Shown one piece after another: positions 5,920 through 14,746 of a stretch of 14,746 bases of DNA (the first letter of the stretch is position 1; the number at the start of each line of letters is the position of its first letter). Origin of the DNA: Candidatus Brocadiia bacterium. Its GTDB lineage: Bacteria; Planctomycetota; Brocadiia; SM23-32. The DNA is taken from contig JBKHIT010000084.1 of the NCBI GenBank assembly GCA_046538485.1, positions 1-14,746 on the forward strand, given 5' to 3'. A program made the translations under genes and the position numbers. Below the pieces are notes generated by a model, which worked only from the letters and a program-made list of their open reading frames with translations, was not told where the DNA came from and searched no databases.

Positions 5920-7005
5920 ATGCGTGAGATGAAACGCTCCATGGAGAAGATGGCCGATGAGCTATCCGAACTCAAGGAATGGCGGCGGGACAACATGGAT
6001 GTGCCTCCTGCCCCCGAAGATAAGGTTGAGGACTCCAGGGTTACTTCTCACACCATCAGCAGCGTCCGCAAGAAGTTCAGTTTAGACCAGCAAGAGCTCG
6101 CCGATCTGTTGGACGTATCACCGAGAACAGTGTCGGCCTGGGAGACCGGCAAGAGCAGGCCCCGGGGCGGGAACAAGGCCCGTATAATAACTCTCCGGGA
6201 AATGAACAGGTCCGAGGTGGAGGAAGCCCTGGGCCGGAAAAGCGCAGAAGAAAAGAGATTCGGGCAGAAGGATGTAAAGCAACTGCGGGATAAACTCGGG
6301 CTCACGCAGGAACAGATGGGCGAGCAGCTGGGAGTGTCCTCCGCCGCCGTGGGGCACTGGGAATCTGGAAAAACTAATCCCGGCCGAGCGGCGCAGAAGA
6401 CACTTCGGGACCTTGCCCGGCGGAAACCAGAGCAGCCGGAGGAAGCCGAGGAGGAGATCGGTTCTAAAACGGGGACGGACAAGCAGTTTGATGCCGAGAA
6501 TATAAGAGCAATGCGCAAGGAGGCGGGCCTGTCCCAGAAAGAGATGGCCGCGGAGCTTGAGATTTCATCGAGAACTGTATCGAACTGGGAGACCGGCAGC
6601 ACCAGCCCGACGGGAAAGGCGCTTGAGGCCCTGAGAGAGTGGAGCGAATCTTGCGAAGAAAAAACAGGTGAGGAGCTTACCGGCGACGATATACGGACCC
6701 TCCGGGATGAGATGGACCTGACCCAGAAACAGTTTGCCGAGAGACTGGGAGTCACCGCAACTACGGTTGGGAACTGGGAGACCGGAAACACAAGCCACAG
6801 AGGGGAGAACAGAGAAACACTGCTGGAGCTCAGAAGTGATCCAGCCACTGAAGACGCCACCAGTGAAGAGAACGCAGGGCCGGGAAATGGGTCGGAAGAG
6901 ACCAGCTCGCCGGATTCCCGGATATACTCCCTTCGTGGTTATATTTCTGAGGATCGATCTCCAGAAGATGCGGATAACCGGGGTGGTAAACCTGCTGGGG
7001 ACTGA
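5920..7005 (+). CDS. Protein with four tandem XRE/Cro-C1 helix-turn-helix domains (~361 aa); 5' end probably clipped by IS256
   Basis: Four repeats of (I/V)xxxRxxxxLxQxxxxxxLxVSxxxVxxWExGxxxP at roughly 6052-6200, 6271-6420, 6499-6640 and 6688-6835. The ORF-track start 5740 lies inside the IS. The first ATG outside the IS is 5920 and has no clear RBS; 5929 and 5941 are alternatives. Confidence 0.85.
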   Translation: MREMKRSMEKMADELSELKEWRRDNMDVPPAPEDKVEDSRVTSHTISSVRKKFSLDQQELADLLDVSPRTVSAWETGKSRPRGGNKARIITLREMNRSEVEEALGRKSAEEKRFGQKDVKQLRDKLGLTQEQMGEQLGVSSAAVGHWESGKTNPGRAAQKTLRDLARRKPEQPEEAEEEIGSKTGTDKQFDAENIRAMRKEAGLSQKEMAAELEISSRTVSNWETGSTSPTGKALEALREWSESCEEKTGEELTGDDIRTLRDEMDLTQKQFAERLGVTATTVGNWETGNTSHRGENRETLLELRSDPATEDATSEENAGPGNGSEETSSPDSRIYSLRGYISEDRSPEDADNRGGKPAGD

Positions 7006-7203
7006 ATCCCTCTCCCCCCGCGTTGAGGCTAAAGGTGCGAGATACCTCATAAGAAATGGGTGTTCTGCTTCAGACGGGATTGGGTATCCCTTATTGGGGA
7101 GTAAGAATCTGGTCTTGGAGATGAAAGTCCATTATGGCGAAGCCTTCGGATGTTTGACAAAAAGGCAGAAGCGGATATCCTACATATTCTTAAAGATGGA
7201 GTG

Positions 7204-7231
7204 TTGCCCTATCTGGATAGAGTCTTAAAAT
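7204..7231 (+). promoter_or_regulatory. Candidate sigma70-type promoter for the BREX operon with a palindrome in the spacer
   Basis: TTGCCC (7204-7209), 16 nt, TAAAAT (7226-7231), with CTATC-TG-GATAG at 7209-7220, in an AT-rich intergenic stretch. Pattern match only. Confidence 0.3.
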
Positions 7232-7300
7232 CGGGTATATTTTATATGCTTTGCTTGTGTGTAAATGGGGATCAGCAGCTTTTGGAGGAGTGAATTGACA

Positions 7301-7858
7301 ATGAACGGTGAACTGCTTCGTAATCTTTTCCAACTTCGTCTGGCCGTCGGACGTTTTGGCGAAATGGATAACATGAAGTGGTGGAATACCAATGGGATGC
7401 TGGGGCGTTATGGGGAGAAGGCGCTGAGCCGTGGTTTACCCCGAACCCATTTCTTCGCTCAGGCACGCACCGTCTTCAAGGTGGCCACTCACCGCAGCAA
7501 GCAGGTATTCACCCCTCCCAATGGGGTTACGCTGTGGGACATGCCGGCGGATATTGAACGGGATTTTGAGGAAAAGTGGCACCAGTGGATGGACGAGAAC
7601 GAACAGTGGGAGCCGTTCTTCCGCCAAATTAAACAGTGGGATGGGGACGATCTTGTCGGTTTTCTCACCCGGAACGATCTGCTCACGGACCAGCTGGCCA
7701 CTCAAGCCCAGAACCTGCGACGGTCTGCGCAGGGACAAGCCGTGCTTCTGTCGGATTATTCCAACGTGAATGATGAGTCCGTGGCTTTGCTGGCGGCCGG
7801 CTTTTGCCGGGGGGAACCCCAGAAACCGGCCATCCCCTATGTCCGCATGGAAGGGTAA
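7301..7858 (+). CDS. brxE: BrxE family protein (BREX accessory)
   Basis: LRLAVGRFGEMDNMKWWNTNGMLG...LSRGLPRTHFFAQAR...TLW...PY resembles the BrxE family, and the gene sits directly before brxA. GGAGGA at 7284-7289 favours a start at 7295 (TTG) or 7301 (ATG) over 7265. Confidence 0.75.
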   Translation: MNGELLRNLFQLRLAVGRFGEMDNMKWWNTNGMLGRYGEKALSRGLPRTHFFAQARTVFKVATHRSKQVFTPPNGVTLWDMPADIERDFEEKWHQWMDENEQWEPFFRQIKQWDGDDLVGFLTRNDLLTDQLATQAQNLRRSAQGQAVLLSDYSNVNDESVALLAAGFCRGEPQKPAIPYVRMEG

Positions 7859-7865
7859 CCCATTC

Positions 7866-8648
7866 ATGACAACCACACGGTCCCAGGAAGTCTCCTCCTT
7901 CACCATCGTCAAAGGTGGACTTATTGAGGAAACCTATCTGGCGTTCCAGAACTGGGATTTCGATCTGTCCAAACGCGAGAATCTGCAGAAGTTCCGTGAG
8001 GAAGATCCTATCGGTGCCACCAGTGCCAACATGCTGGATGAGGTGGCTATGGGCCTGAGCCGACGATTTGAACCCAACACGCGCGATCGCCCTCTGGTCG
8101 AGCTGGCCAAAGCCGGTTGTGAACGGGAAGTGTGGGAACCACTTCTGCTGTGGCATATGACCCGCGATGAGTTTCTGGTCCGCGATTTCCTGCTGAACTG
8201 GCTTTTCCCCCGATACGAGGACGGAGCGTTGGCCGTCCAGGCCAATGAGGTGATCCCGTATCTCAAAACACTGCCCGAGAAAGGCGTTACATCCACCGAT
8301 TCATGGGCGGACTCCACTCTCAAAAGGGTGGCTTCCGGGCTTCTCCGCATCGCCGTTGACTTCGGGCTCATGACCGGCCGGGTAAAACGGGAGTTTGCCT
8401 CCTATCACCTGCCCGATGACAGCTTCATGTATCTTCTGCACGCGCTTGCCGAACAACAGTCCAATGCCAATCATATTGTGCAGTCCGACGAGTGGCGAAT
8501 GTATCTTATCACGCCCCGACAGGTGGAACGCCGGGTTCTGCAGTTGCATCAGTACAACAAACTTGACTATCACGTGGCAGGGACGCTTGCGCAGCTTTCC
8601 CTGCCCGCTGAATCGACCCTGGAATATGCACGAGGAATGATATCGTGA
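7866..8648 (+). CDS. brxA: BrxA family protein (DUF1819)
   Basis: SSFTIVKGGLIEETY...LLLWHMTRDEFLVRDFL..WL...WADSTLKRVASGLLRIAVDFGL; canonical position before brxB/brxC. ATG 7866 follows the brxE stop by 7 nt. Confidence 0.82.
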   Translation: MTTTRSQEVSSFTIVKGGLIEETYLAFQNWDFDLSKRENLQKFREEDPIGATSANMLDEVAMGLSRRFEPNTRDRPLVELAKAGCEREVWEPLLLWHMTRDEFLVRDFLLNWLFPRYEDGALAVQANEVIPYLKTLPEKGVTSTDSWADSTLKRVASGLLRIAVDFGLMTGRVKREFASYHLPDDSFMYLLHALAEQQSNANHIVQSDEWRMYLITPRQVERRVLQLHQYNKLDYHVAGTLAQLSLPAESTLEYARGMIS

Positions 8649-9220
8649 ATGACTGGAGAGAAAGACTCAAACGTCTGGAACGCCTTCTGAAACAGACGGA
8701 CCCCCGCACCGATATCAGTGCGTATCACGATATGCCCTGTGCCATTTTCCGTTATAACCCGGAGGATGAGTTTCCGTTTCGGGAGGAGCTTTCCCTTCTT
8801 CAAACCCGCCTCAGTGCGGCCGGAAAGACGGTCACCCGCATTTCACTGGCCAAATGCCTCACCGAGGCTCTGGAGAGGGAAGGTATGTCGGCGGATCGGA
8901 TGGCGATGGCTGAACGCAGCGCGGGAGTCGGCAAGATTATTGACCAGATCCATAAAGTCCTCAGCGACTACTGTCCTCTGGATGAACTCGTGGCGGAGCA
9001 TTTCCCCTCCGACGGAGATCCCACCGAAGACCTTATTTTCATCACGCGGGCGGGGGCGCTTTTCCCCGCATACAGAACATCCGCTCTTCTGGAACAGCTT
9101 ATGGGGACGGTGGAGCTGCCGGCGGTGTTGTTCTATCCCGGGCGTCTGGAGGGTGCTGCTGGACTCAAGTTTATGGGCATCACCGACGCCGAACACAACT
9201 ATCGCCCCAAAATCTTCTAA
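8645..9220 (+). CDS. brxB: BrxB family protein (DUF1788)
   Basis: GTGA overlap with the brxA stop. AIFRYNPEDEF...GALFPAYRTSALL...VLFYPG...GLKFMG...NYRPKIF is typical of BrxB. Confidence 0.88.
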   Translation: MNDWRERLKRLERLLKQTDPRTDISAYHDMPCAIFRYNPEDEFPFREELSLLQTRLSAAGKTVTRISLAKCLTEALEREGMSADRMAMAERSAGVGKIIDQIHKVLSDYCPLDELVAEHFPSDGDPTEDLIFITRAGALFPAYRTSALLEQLMGTVELPAVLFYPGRLEGAAGLKFMGITDAEHNYRPKIF

Positions 9221-9238
9221 CACTCAGGATGTGAACCG

Positions 9239-12200
9239 ATGACAGAAAAACTGAACAGAGATCTCTTTGCCCGCGACATTGATCGGCGTATTGAAGAGGT
9301 TATCAAGGTCGATCAGACCGATGAGAAGATCATCCACGATGAAATTGAGGAATACGTCGTCACCGACGCCATCGGGGAGTATTATGTTGATATCCTGAAT
9401 CGATACCAGGAAACCCCCAACAACCCGCATGAAGGCGTGGGAGTCTGGGTGTCCGGTTTTTTCGGATCCGGTAAATCGAGCTTTGCGAAGATGCTGGGAT
9501 TGGCTCTGCAAAATCAGGAGGTGATGGGCGTCCCGGCCGCCGAACTGTTCAGTCAGCATATTGACAATGAACGCATGAAGGTCCACCTCAGTAACATTAC
9601 GGAGAACATCCCCACCCACTCGGTCATCTTTGATGTATCCAGTGAACGAGGAATACGGTCGGGCAATCAGACGATTTACGAGATAATGTACCGGATGTTT
9701 CTCGAAAGCCTGGGTTACGCCCGTGATCTCGACCTGGCGGAACTGGAGATTTCTCTTGAAGAGGCCGGCCGACTCAACGAGTTCAAGGAAACCTACGCCG
9801 ACATCTATGACAAAAGCTGGGACCGGGAGAAAGGGAAGGTTGCCTTCGCCATCGGGGAAGCAAGCCGCGTGATGCATGAGATGGACCCGGAGACATACGA
9901 AACCGCCGACAGCTGGTCCACGGGGGCACAGGACCGCGCGGATATCACGGCCGACAAACTGGCCACTCGGTGCCAGAAGCTGATGGAACGACGCAAACCG
10001 GATCACACGCTCATGTTTGTGATTGATGAGGTCGGCCAGTTCGTCTCGCGAAACGTACAGAAAATGCTCGATCTCCAGGGCGTCATCCAGAGCCTTGGAC
10101 GCGTGGGCCGGGGAAAGATGTGGCTGGTGGTCACATCCCAGGAGAAACTGACGGAACTGGTGGATGGTCTGGATGATAAACGGGTCGAGCTTGCCCGGCT
10201 CATGGACCGGTTCCCGCAGGAACTGCAGGTACATCTGGAACCCTCTGATATCTCCGAAGTCACCAGCAAACGAGTTCTGTCGAAAAATGCCGAGGCGGAG
10301 GAGCTGCTGCGAGATGTGTATTCACGCCACCGGGGGCGACTCAGTAAAAACACGCAGCTCAGCGCCGATATTCGCCTGCCCGAACTCAACGCCGACAGTT
10401 TTATCGATCTGTATCCGCTTATGCCCTACCAGGTGGACCTGATGATCAGCGTGGTGTCGGGATTGCGAACCCAGGGCGGCGCCAGCAAACACGTGGGCGG
10501 TGCCAACCGGACCATCATCAAACTCGCCCAGCAGCTGCTCATCCACCCCGACGTCAACCTGGCCGACGAGGAAGTGGGCACCCTGACCCGTATCGATCAG
10601 ATGTACGACCTGGTTTCGGGCAATATCCCGAGCGAAATACGTGGCAAGATCGACCGGATTGAGGAACAGGCCGACCATGAGATGGCCCAGCCGGTGGCCA
10701 AAGCCATCTGTCTGCTGCAATACGTCAAAAGCATTCATCGCACGGAAGACAACATTGCGGCAGCCCTTCACCCGGCCGTCGATGCCGATAGTGTCCTGCC
10801 CAAAGTCAAGGAGGCGTTGGCTGAGCTGGAAGACCGAACCCTCATCCGTCACGATGACGAGGGGTACCGAATACCCACACCAGCCGAAGACGACTGGGAT
10901 AAACAGCGGGATGCGGTGGACCCGACTCACGGAGACATGGTCCGCCTCTACCGGGAAGCATTGGAACAACTATGGCAGCCTCAACCGTCGCACAATTTTA
11001 TGAAGACCAAGAAATTCACGGCCGGATTGTATTTCAACGGTCGTCCCATCAAGGAGGGCGACATCCCGTTCGACATGACCCTGGCGGAAGTGGGCGAAGA
11101 ATACGATCAGCAGGTGTCCGACATGCGGAGCCGGAGTCAGACCGAAGATGATAAGGTCTTCTGGATCACTCCCGTCGGCGATGCCATTCGCCGGGAAACC
11201 GTGGAACTGTACCGGTCCAAAAAGATTATTCAGAAGAAAGAACGGGGATCCCACACCGAGGAGGAACGCGATCTCATCACCGAGGAGAAGAGCCGTCAGT
11301 CCCGCCATCAGAAAGAGCTGAAACGGCTGCTCAAACGGGCATGCCTGGGAGGAACGCTCTATTTTCGGGGTAACGACCGAAGCCCATCCGGTGGGAAGGA
11401 TGATGTGGGGAAAGTGGCCGAAGGGGTGCTGAAGGAGGCCCTGCCCGATGTGTATGACCGGTTCGAGGAAGCGGCCGCGAAAGTCAAAAAGAAGGACCTG
11501 AAGGCATTGCTCACGGCCGATAACCTGAAAGGACTGCCATCGGTGTTTACCGATCTTGGTTTGCTCCGTGACGAAAACGGCCGAGTGGTCTTCAGCACCG
11601 ATGAAGATCCTCTCAACGAGGTGTTCAATACCATCAAAAACAGAACTGATTACGGTGAGACGGCGAGTGGACGTTACCTGGCAAACCAGTTTGCCGATGA
11701 ACCGTTTGGGTGGGATTTCGACGTGGTGCGCCTGCTGGTGATCTCCCTTTTGCGAGCCGGACAGGTGGAAGCGGTCAGTAAGGGCAAGACGATTGACTCC
11801 GCCCTGTCGGTGGAGGCCCAGAACACGTTCCCCAACAACAACCGATTTCGCAGCGCGTCCTTCCGGCCGAAAGTGTCCGATATCGACTTTCCGGATGTCG
11901 TGGATGCGGCCGATGCGTTCGAGGAGATCTTTGGCCAGGAGGTGGCCGAACTGGAACAGACCGCGGTGGTGCGTGACATCCAGGAGCAGCTGGCACGGAA
12001 AGAGGATCAGATACGAGAAGCACAGCGTCTGCTCACCTCCCATTCGCTTCCCGGAGCCGAGGTCTTGGACGAGGCGATTGACCAGATCAGTTCCATCCGC
12101 ACCGGCGATGAGAGTAACGCCATCCTGACGTTCAACGGGGCATACCGGGAACTGGAGGCGGCCATTCAGCGGACCACGGAGATCCACAAAAATCTGACGG

Positions 12201-12787
12201 AACCACGGTTGCAGGAGCTGAAGCGGGCGAGGGACGTTCTGGACAATAAATGGCCCGTGTTGAAGAAAGAAGAGGATCTCGATGAGACGTATCGTGAACA
12301 TGCCGAGAAACTTCAGGACCTGATGCAGCGCGAATCTTTTTTTGACGATCTCGCCGCCATTGATCGGCATGCAAATGCTCTGAAAGAAGAATACGACCGG
12401 CGCCATCAGCAGGCCCTGGAGGACCGCACGGAGGCGTATGAGGAGGCACTGGAGGAGCTGCATGGCATGCCAGAGTGGACCAAACTGGAGGAGGAGAAAC
12501 GTGAAAGAGTGGCATCCAGGATCAAAGAACGGGCGACGGATTACAATGCGGAGGGGGAATCCCTTGCCCTCCTGCGGACGGAGCGTGACGCATGTGAGCG
12601 TGAACTGGCCCAGGCCCGAGAGAACGCCATGCGACTGATCGACGGGAAACGGGTGGAACGGGTGAGCGTGGGCAGTTACTTTCAGGGCGGCATCGAGACC
12701 GAGGAGCAGCTGGACGAGGCTCTGAAAGGCCTGCGGGAGAAATGTGAGAAGTTGATTGGCGCCGGTAAGAAGATACTTTTGCAGTAA
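9239..12787 (+). CDS. brxC: BREX P-loop ATPase BrxC, 1182 aa
   Basis: LFARDIDRRIEEVIKV, EYVVT, Walker A WVSGFFGSGKS, Walker B FVIDEVGQ, VVTSQE, DRF, LYP, and a coiled-coil C-terminus. Confidence 0.95.
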   Translation: MTEKLNRDLFARDIDRRIEEVIKVDQTDEKIIHDEIEEYVVTDAIGEYYVDILNRYQETPNNPHEGVGVWVSGFFGSGKSSFAKMLGLALQNQEVMGVPAAELFSQHIDNERMKVHLSNITENIPTHSVIFDVSSERGIRSGNQTIYEIMYRMFLESLGYARDLDLAELEISLEEAGRLNEFKETYADIYDKSWDREKGKVAFAIGEASRVMHEMDPETYETADSWSTGAQDRADITADKLATRCQKLMERRKPDHTLMFVIDEVGQFVSRNVQKMLDLQGVIQSLGRVGRGKMWLVVTSQEKLTELVDGLDDKRVELARLMDRFPQELQVHLEPSDISEVTSKRVLSKNAEAEELLRDVYSRHRGRLSKNTQLSADIRLPELNADSFIDLYPLMPYQVDLMISVVSGLRTQGGASKHVGGANRTIIKLAQQLLIHPDVNLADEEVGTLTRIDQMYDLVSGNIPSEIRGKIDRIEEQADHEMAQPVAKAICLLQYVKSIHRTEDNIAAALHPAVDADSVLPKVKEALAELEDRTLIRHDDEGYRIPTPAEDDWDKQRDAVDPTHGDMVRLYREALEQLWQPQPSHNFMKTKKFTAGLYFNGRPIKEGDIPFDMTLAEVGEEYDQQVSDMRSRSQTEDDKVFWITPVGDAIRRETVELYRSKKIIQKKERGSHTEEERDLITEEKSRQSRHQKELKRLLKRACLGGTLYFRGNDRSPSGGKDDVGKVAEGVLKEALPDVYDRFEEAAAKVKKKDLKALLTADNLKGLPSVFTDLGLLRDENGRVVFSTDEDPLNEVFNTIKNRTDYGETASGRYLANQFADEPFGWDFDVVRLLVISLLRAGQVEAVSKGKTIDSALSVEAQNTFPNNNRFRSASFRPKVSDIDFPDVVDAADAFEEIFGQEVAELEQTAVVRDIQEQLARKEDQIREAQRLLTSHSLPGAEVLDEAIDQISSIRTGDESNAILTFNGAYRELEAAIQRTTEIHKNLTEPRLQELKRARDVLDNKWPVLKKEEDLDETYREHAEKLQDLMQRESFFDDLAAIDRHANALKEEYDRRHQQALEDRTEAYEEALEELHGMPEWTKLEEEKRERVASRIKERATDYNAEGESLALLRTERDACERELAQARENAMRLIDGKRVERVSVGSYFQGGIETEEQLDEALKGLREKCEKLIGAGKKILLQ

Positions 12788-12794
12788 AGGGATC

Positions 12795-14702
12795 ATGGAC
12801 CAGGATACGCGGAACCAGATACAGAACGCCACGCAGGACGCCCGGGAGCTTCTGGAGGAAGAATACGCCGCCCAGCTTGAGGGCACCTACGACATACTGC
12901 CCGATGGCACCATTCCGGAGAAACCCGGCGAACATCTCGATGGTCGGGGACGCATCACGCGAGAGAAGCTGGTGGAGGCCATTGAGCATAAAATATCGGG
13001 GGGCATGGACGCCGATCAGGCCGTCGCTGCCTACCGACGCGAGGCGGCGTTCACCACCCTCAACCGGTTCGTGGCCCTCAAGATGCTGGAGTCCCGCGAT
13101 CTGGTTCAGGAATGCGTCTCCCGTGGCGAGCAGTCTGCAGGGTTCCGGGAATTCACCGGCCTGGCCGAGGGGCTGAACGAGCTCCCCGATCACGGCTACC
13201 GGCTCTACATCGAGAGTCTCTTTGATGAGATTGGCCGGGAGGTCGGCGTGCTCTTCGACCGACGCGACCCCGCCTCGTTGCTCTGGCCCCGGCGACAGGT
13301 CCTGGAGGACCTGCTGGACATCCTCAATGCCGATGAACTGGAAGGGGTCTGGGACGAGGACGAGACCATCGGGTGGGTCTACCAGTATTTCAACAGCGGC
13401 GATGAGCGCAGCCAGATGCGGTCGGAATCATCGGCTCCCCGGAACAGCCACGAGCTGGCGGTGCGCAACCAATTTTTCACGCCCCGCTATGTGGTGGAGT
13501 TTTTGACGGACAACACGCTGGGGAGGATCTGGTATGAGATGCGCCGGGGGGAGACCGACCTGACCGAACAGTGCGACTACATGGTGCGCCGTCCCAACGA
13601 AGTGTTTCTCGACGAGGGCGAGGAACCGCCCGAGGATGCTGATCAGGAAGATGAGGATCTCAGCCAGGAAGAACTTCTTCAGAAACCGGCCTACATTCCG
13701 TTCAGAGCCCTGAAGGATCCCCGCGACATCCGGGTTCTCGATCCCGCCTGCGGCTCAGGTCATTTCCTGCTCTACGCGTTTGTGCTTCTCCTGACGATTT
13801 ATCGGGAGGCCTGGGAATCCGGGAGTGGCCCGGAATCGGAGGCGACGGGGAGCTCCCTTCACGAAGATTATTCCACCTGGCAGGAACTGCAGAGAGATCT
13901 TCCGGGCCTCATCCTCCGTCACAACCTCCACGGCATCGAGATCGATCACCGGGCGGCCCAAATCGCCTCTCTGGCCCTCTGGATGCGGGCTCAGCGCGCC
14001 TATAACGAGCAGGAGATCCCACGAGCAGATCGCCCGCCCATCACACGGACGAACGTGGTGGTCGCCGAACCCATGCCGGGCGAAAAGGACATGTTGGAGG
14101 AGTTCCTCCGTGAGCTGCGTGAGGACCGGCTGGAGGGGCTCATGGAGCAGGTGTTCGACGTGCCGGAGGGCGGCCGATTGCGGGCCACTCGTGCCATGGC
14201 CGACAGCCTGTGCGAACTGGTGGAGACGGTGTGGGAGAAGATGGAGCTGGCCGGGGAGGCGGGGAGCCTGCTGAAGATCGAGGAGGAACTGGACGAGGCG
14301 ATTGCCGAAAGCCGCAACGAGTGGGAGCAGAAACTCCCGCTGTTTCGCGTGACGGAACTCAACATCGAAGGGGAGGAAAAGGAACACTATCCCCGTACGG
14401 CGCCGGGGGCGGAGGACGACTTCTGGTCAAAGGCCGAGATGTTGGTTTTGGCCGCACTGGAGCAGTATGCCGAGCGGGCAAGAAATGATCGATCCTACCG
14501 CCGCCGGTTGTTTGCGGAAGAAGCTGCGCATGCTTTCGCCTTCGTAGATGTCTGCCGACAAAATTATGACGTAGCGCTTATGAATCCCCCGTTCGGAGCA
14601 CCGACAACTGCAAGCAAGCCTCATGTGGCCAAATGCTACTCCAAATGTAAGGAGGACATCGACGCTGCTTTTGTTTCCCGAGGCGTAGACCTCCTAGCCT
14701 GA
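12795..14702 (+). CDS. pglX: BREX adenine DNA methyltransferase PglX (BrxX), apparently truncated at 635 aa
   Basis: AAGGGA RBS and ATG 12795. Motifs EAAFTTLNRFVALKMLE, ETIGWVYQYF, QFFTPRYVVEFLTDNTLG, SAM-binding DPACGSGHFL, NLHGIEID and catalytic NPPF. TGA at 14700-14702 comes ~35 codons after NPPF, whereas PglX is normally about twice this length. Confidence 0.9.
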   Translation: MDQDTRNQIQNATQDARELLEEEYAAQLEGTYDILPDGTIPEKPGEHLDGRGRITREKLVEAIEHKISGGMDADQAVAAYRREAAFTTLNRFVALKMLESRDLVQECVSRGEQSAGFREFTGLAEGLNELPDHGYRLYIESLFDEIGREVGVLFDRRDPASLLWPRRQVLEDLLDILNADELEGVWDEDETIGWVYQYFNSGDERSQMRSESSAPRNSHELAVRNQFFTPRYVVEFLTDNTLGRIWYEMRRGETDLTEQCDYMVRRPNEVFLDEGEEPPEDADQEDEDLSQEELLQKPAYIPFRALKDPRDIRVLDPACGSGHFLLYAFVLLLTIYREAWESGSGPESEATGSSLHEDYSTWQELQRDLPGLILRHNLHGIEIDHRAAQIASLALWMRAQRAYNEQEIPRADRPPITRTNVVVAEPMPGEKDMLEEFLRELREDRLEGLMEQVFDVPEGGRLRATRAMADSLCELVETVWEKMELAGEAGSLLKIEEELDEAIAESRNEWEQKLPLFRVTELNIEGEEKEHYPRTAPGAEDDFWSKAEMLVLAALEQYAERARNDRSYRRRLFAEEAAHAFAFVDVCRQNYDVALMNPPFGAPTTASKPHVAKCYSKCKEDIDAAFVSRGVDLLA

Positions 14703-14746
14703 ACTTTACGGATATCCTGCCGTTATCTGGCGTAAGCAATGCTTTA

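Noticed and set aside
5906..5935. IS256-derived hybrid promoter (TTGATA -35 in the terminal repeat) driving the HTH gene
   Set aside because: No credible -10 hexamer 16-18 nt downstream.
9224..14387. Antisense ORFs opposite brxC and pglX (e.g. 10970-12886, 9224-10234, 13755-14387)
   Set aside because: Shadow frames of well-supported genes, with no independent features.

Overview
A heavily rearranged accessory region followed by the start of a BREX anti-phage operon. From left to right: a fragment of a DUF4338-like gene (minus strand, runs off the left edge); an intact YetA/PcRGLX-like (PL26-type) putative polysaccharide lyase; a 31-codon stub of a sulfatase; two homologous, inverted-repeat-bounded non-coding elements (~330 and ~470 bp) bracketing a lower-GC PD-(D/E)XK-like gene; the 3' half of an FMN-dependent azoreductase; a small 9-mer-repeat hairpin element; an internally deleted IS256-family element with no target duplication; a protein with four tandem XRE helix-turn-helix domains; then brxE-brxA-brxB-brxC-pglX, where pglX stops about 35 codons after its catalytic NPPF motif. 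The most unusual items are the paired non-coding elements with motifs conserved at fixed spacing, the four-HTH protein immediately upstream of BREX, and the truncated pglX. All family calls come from recognising motifs by eye; no database searches were run.
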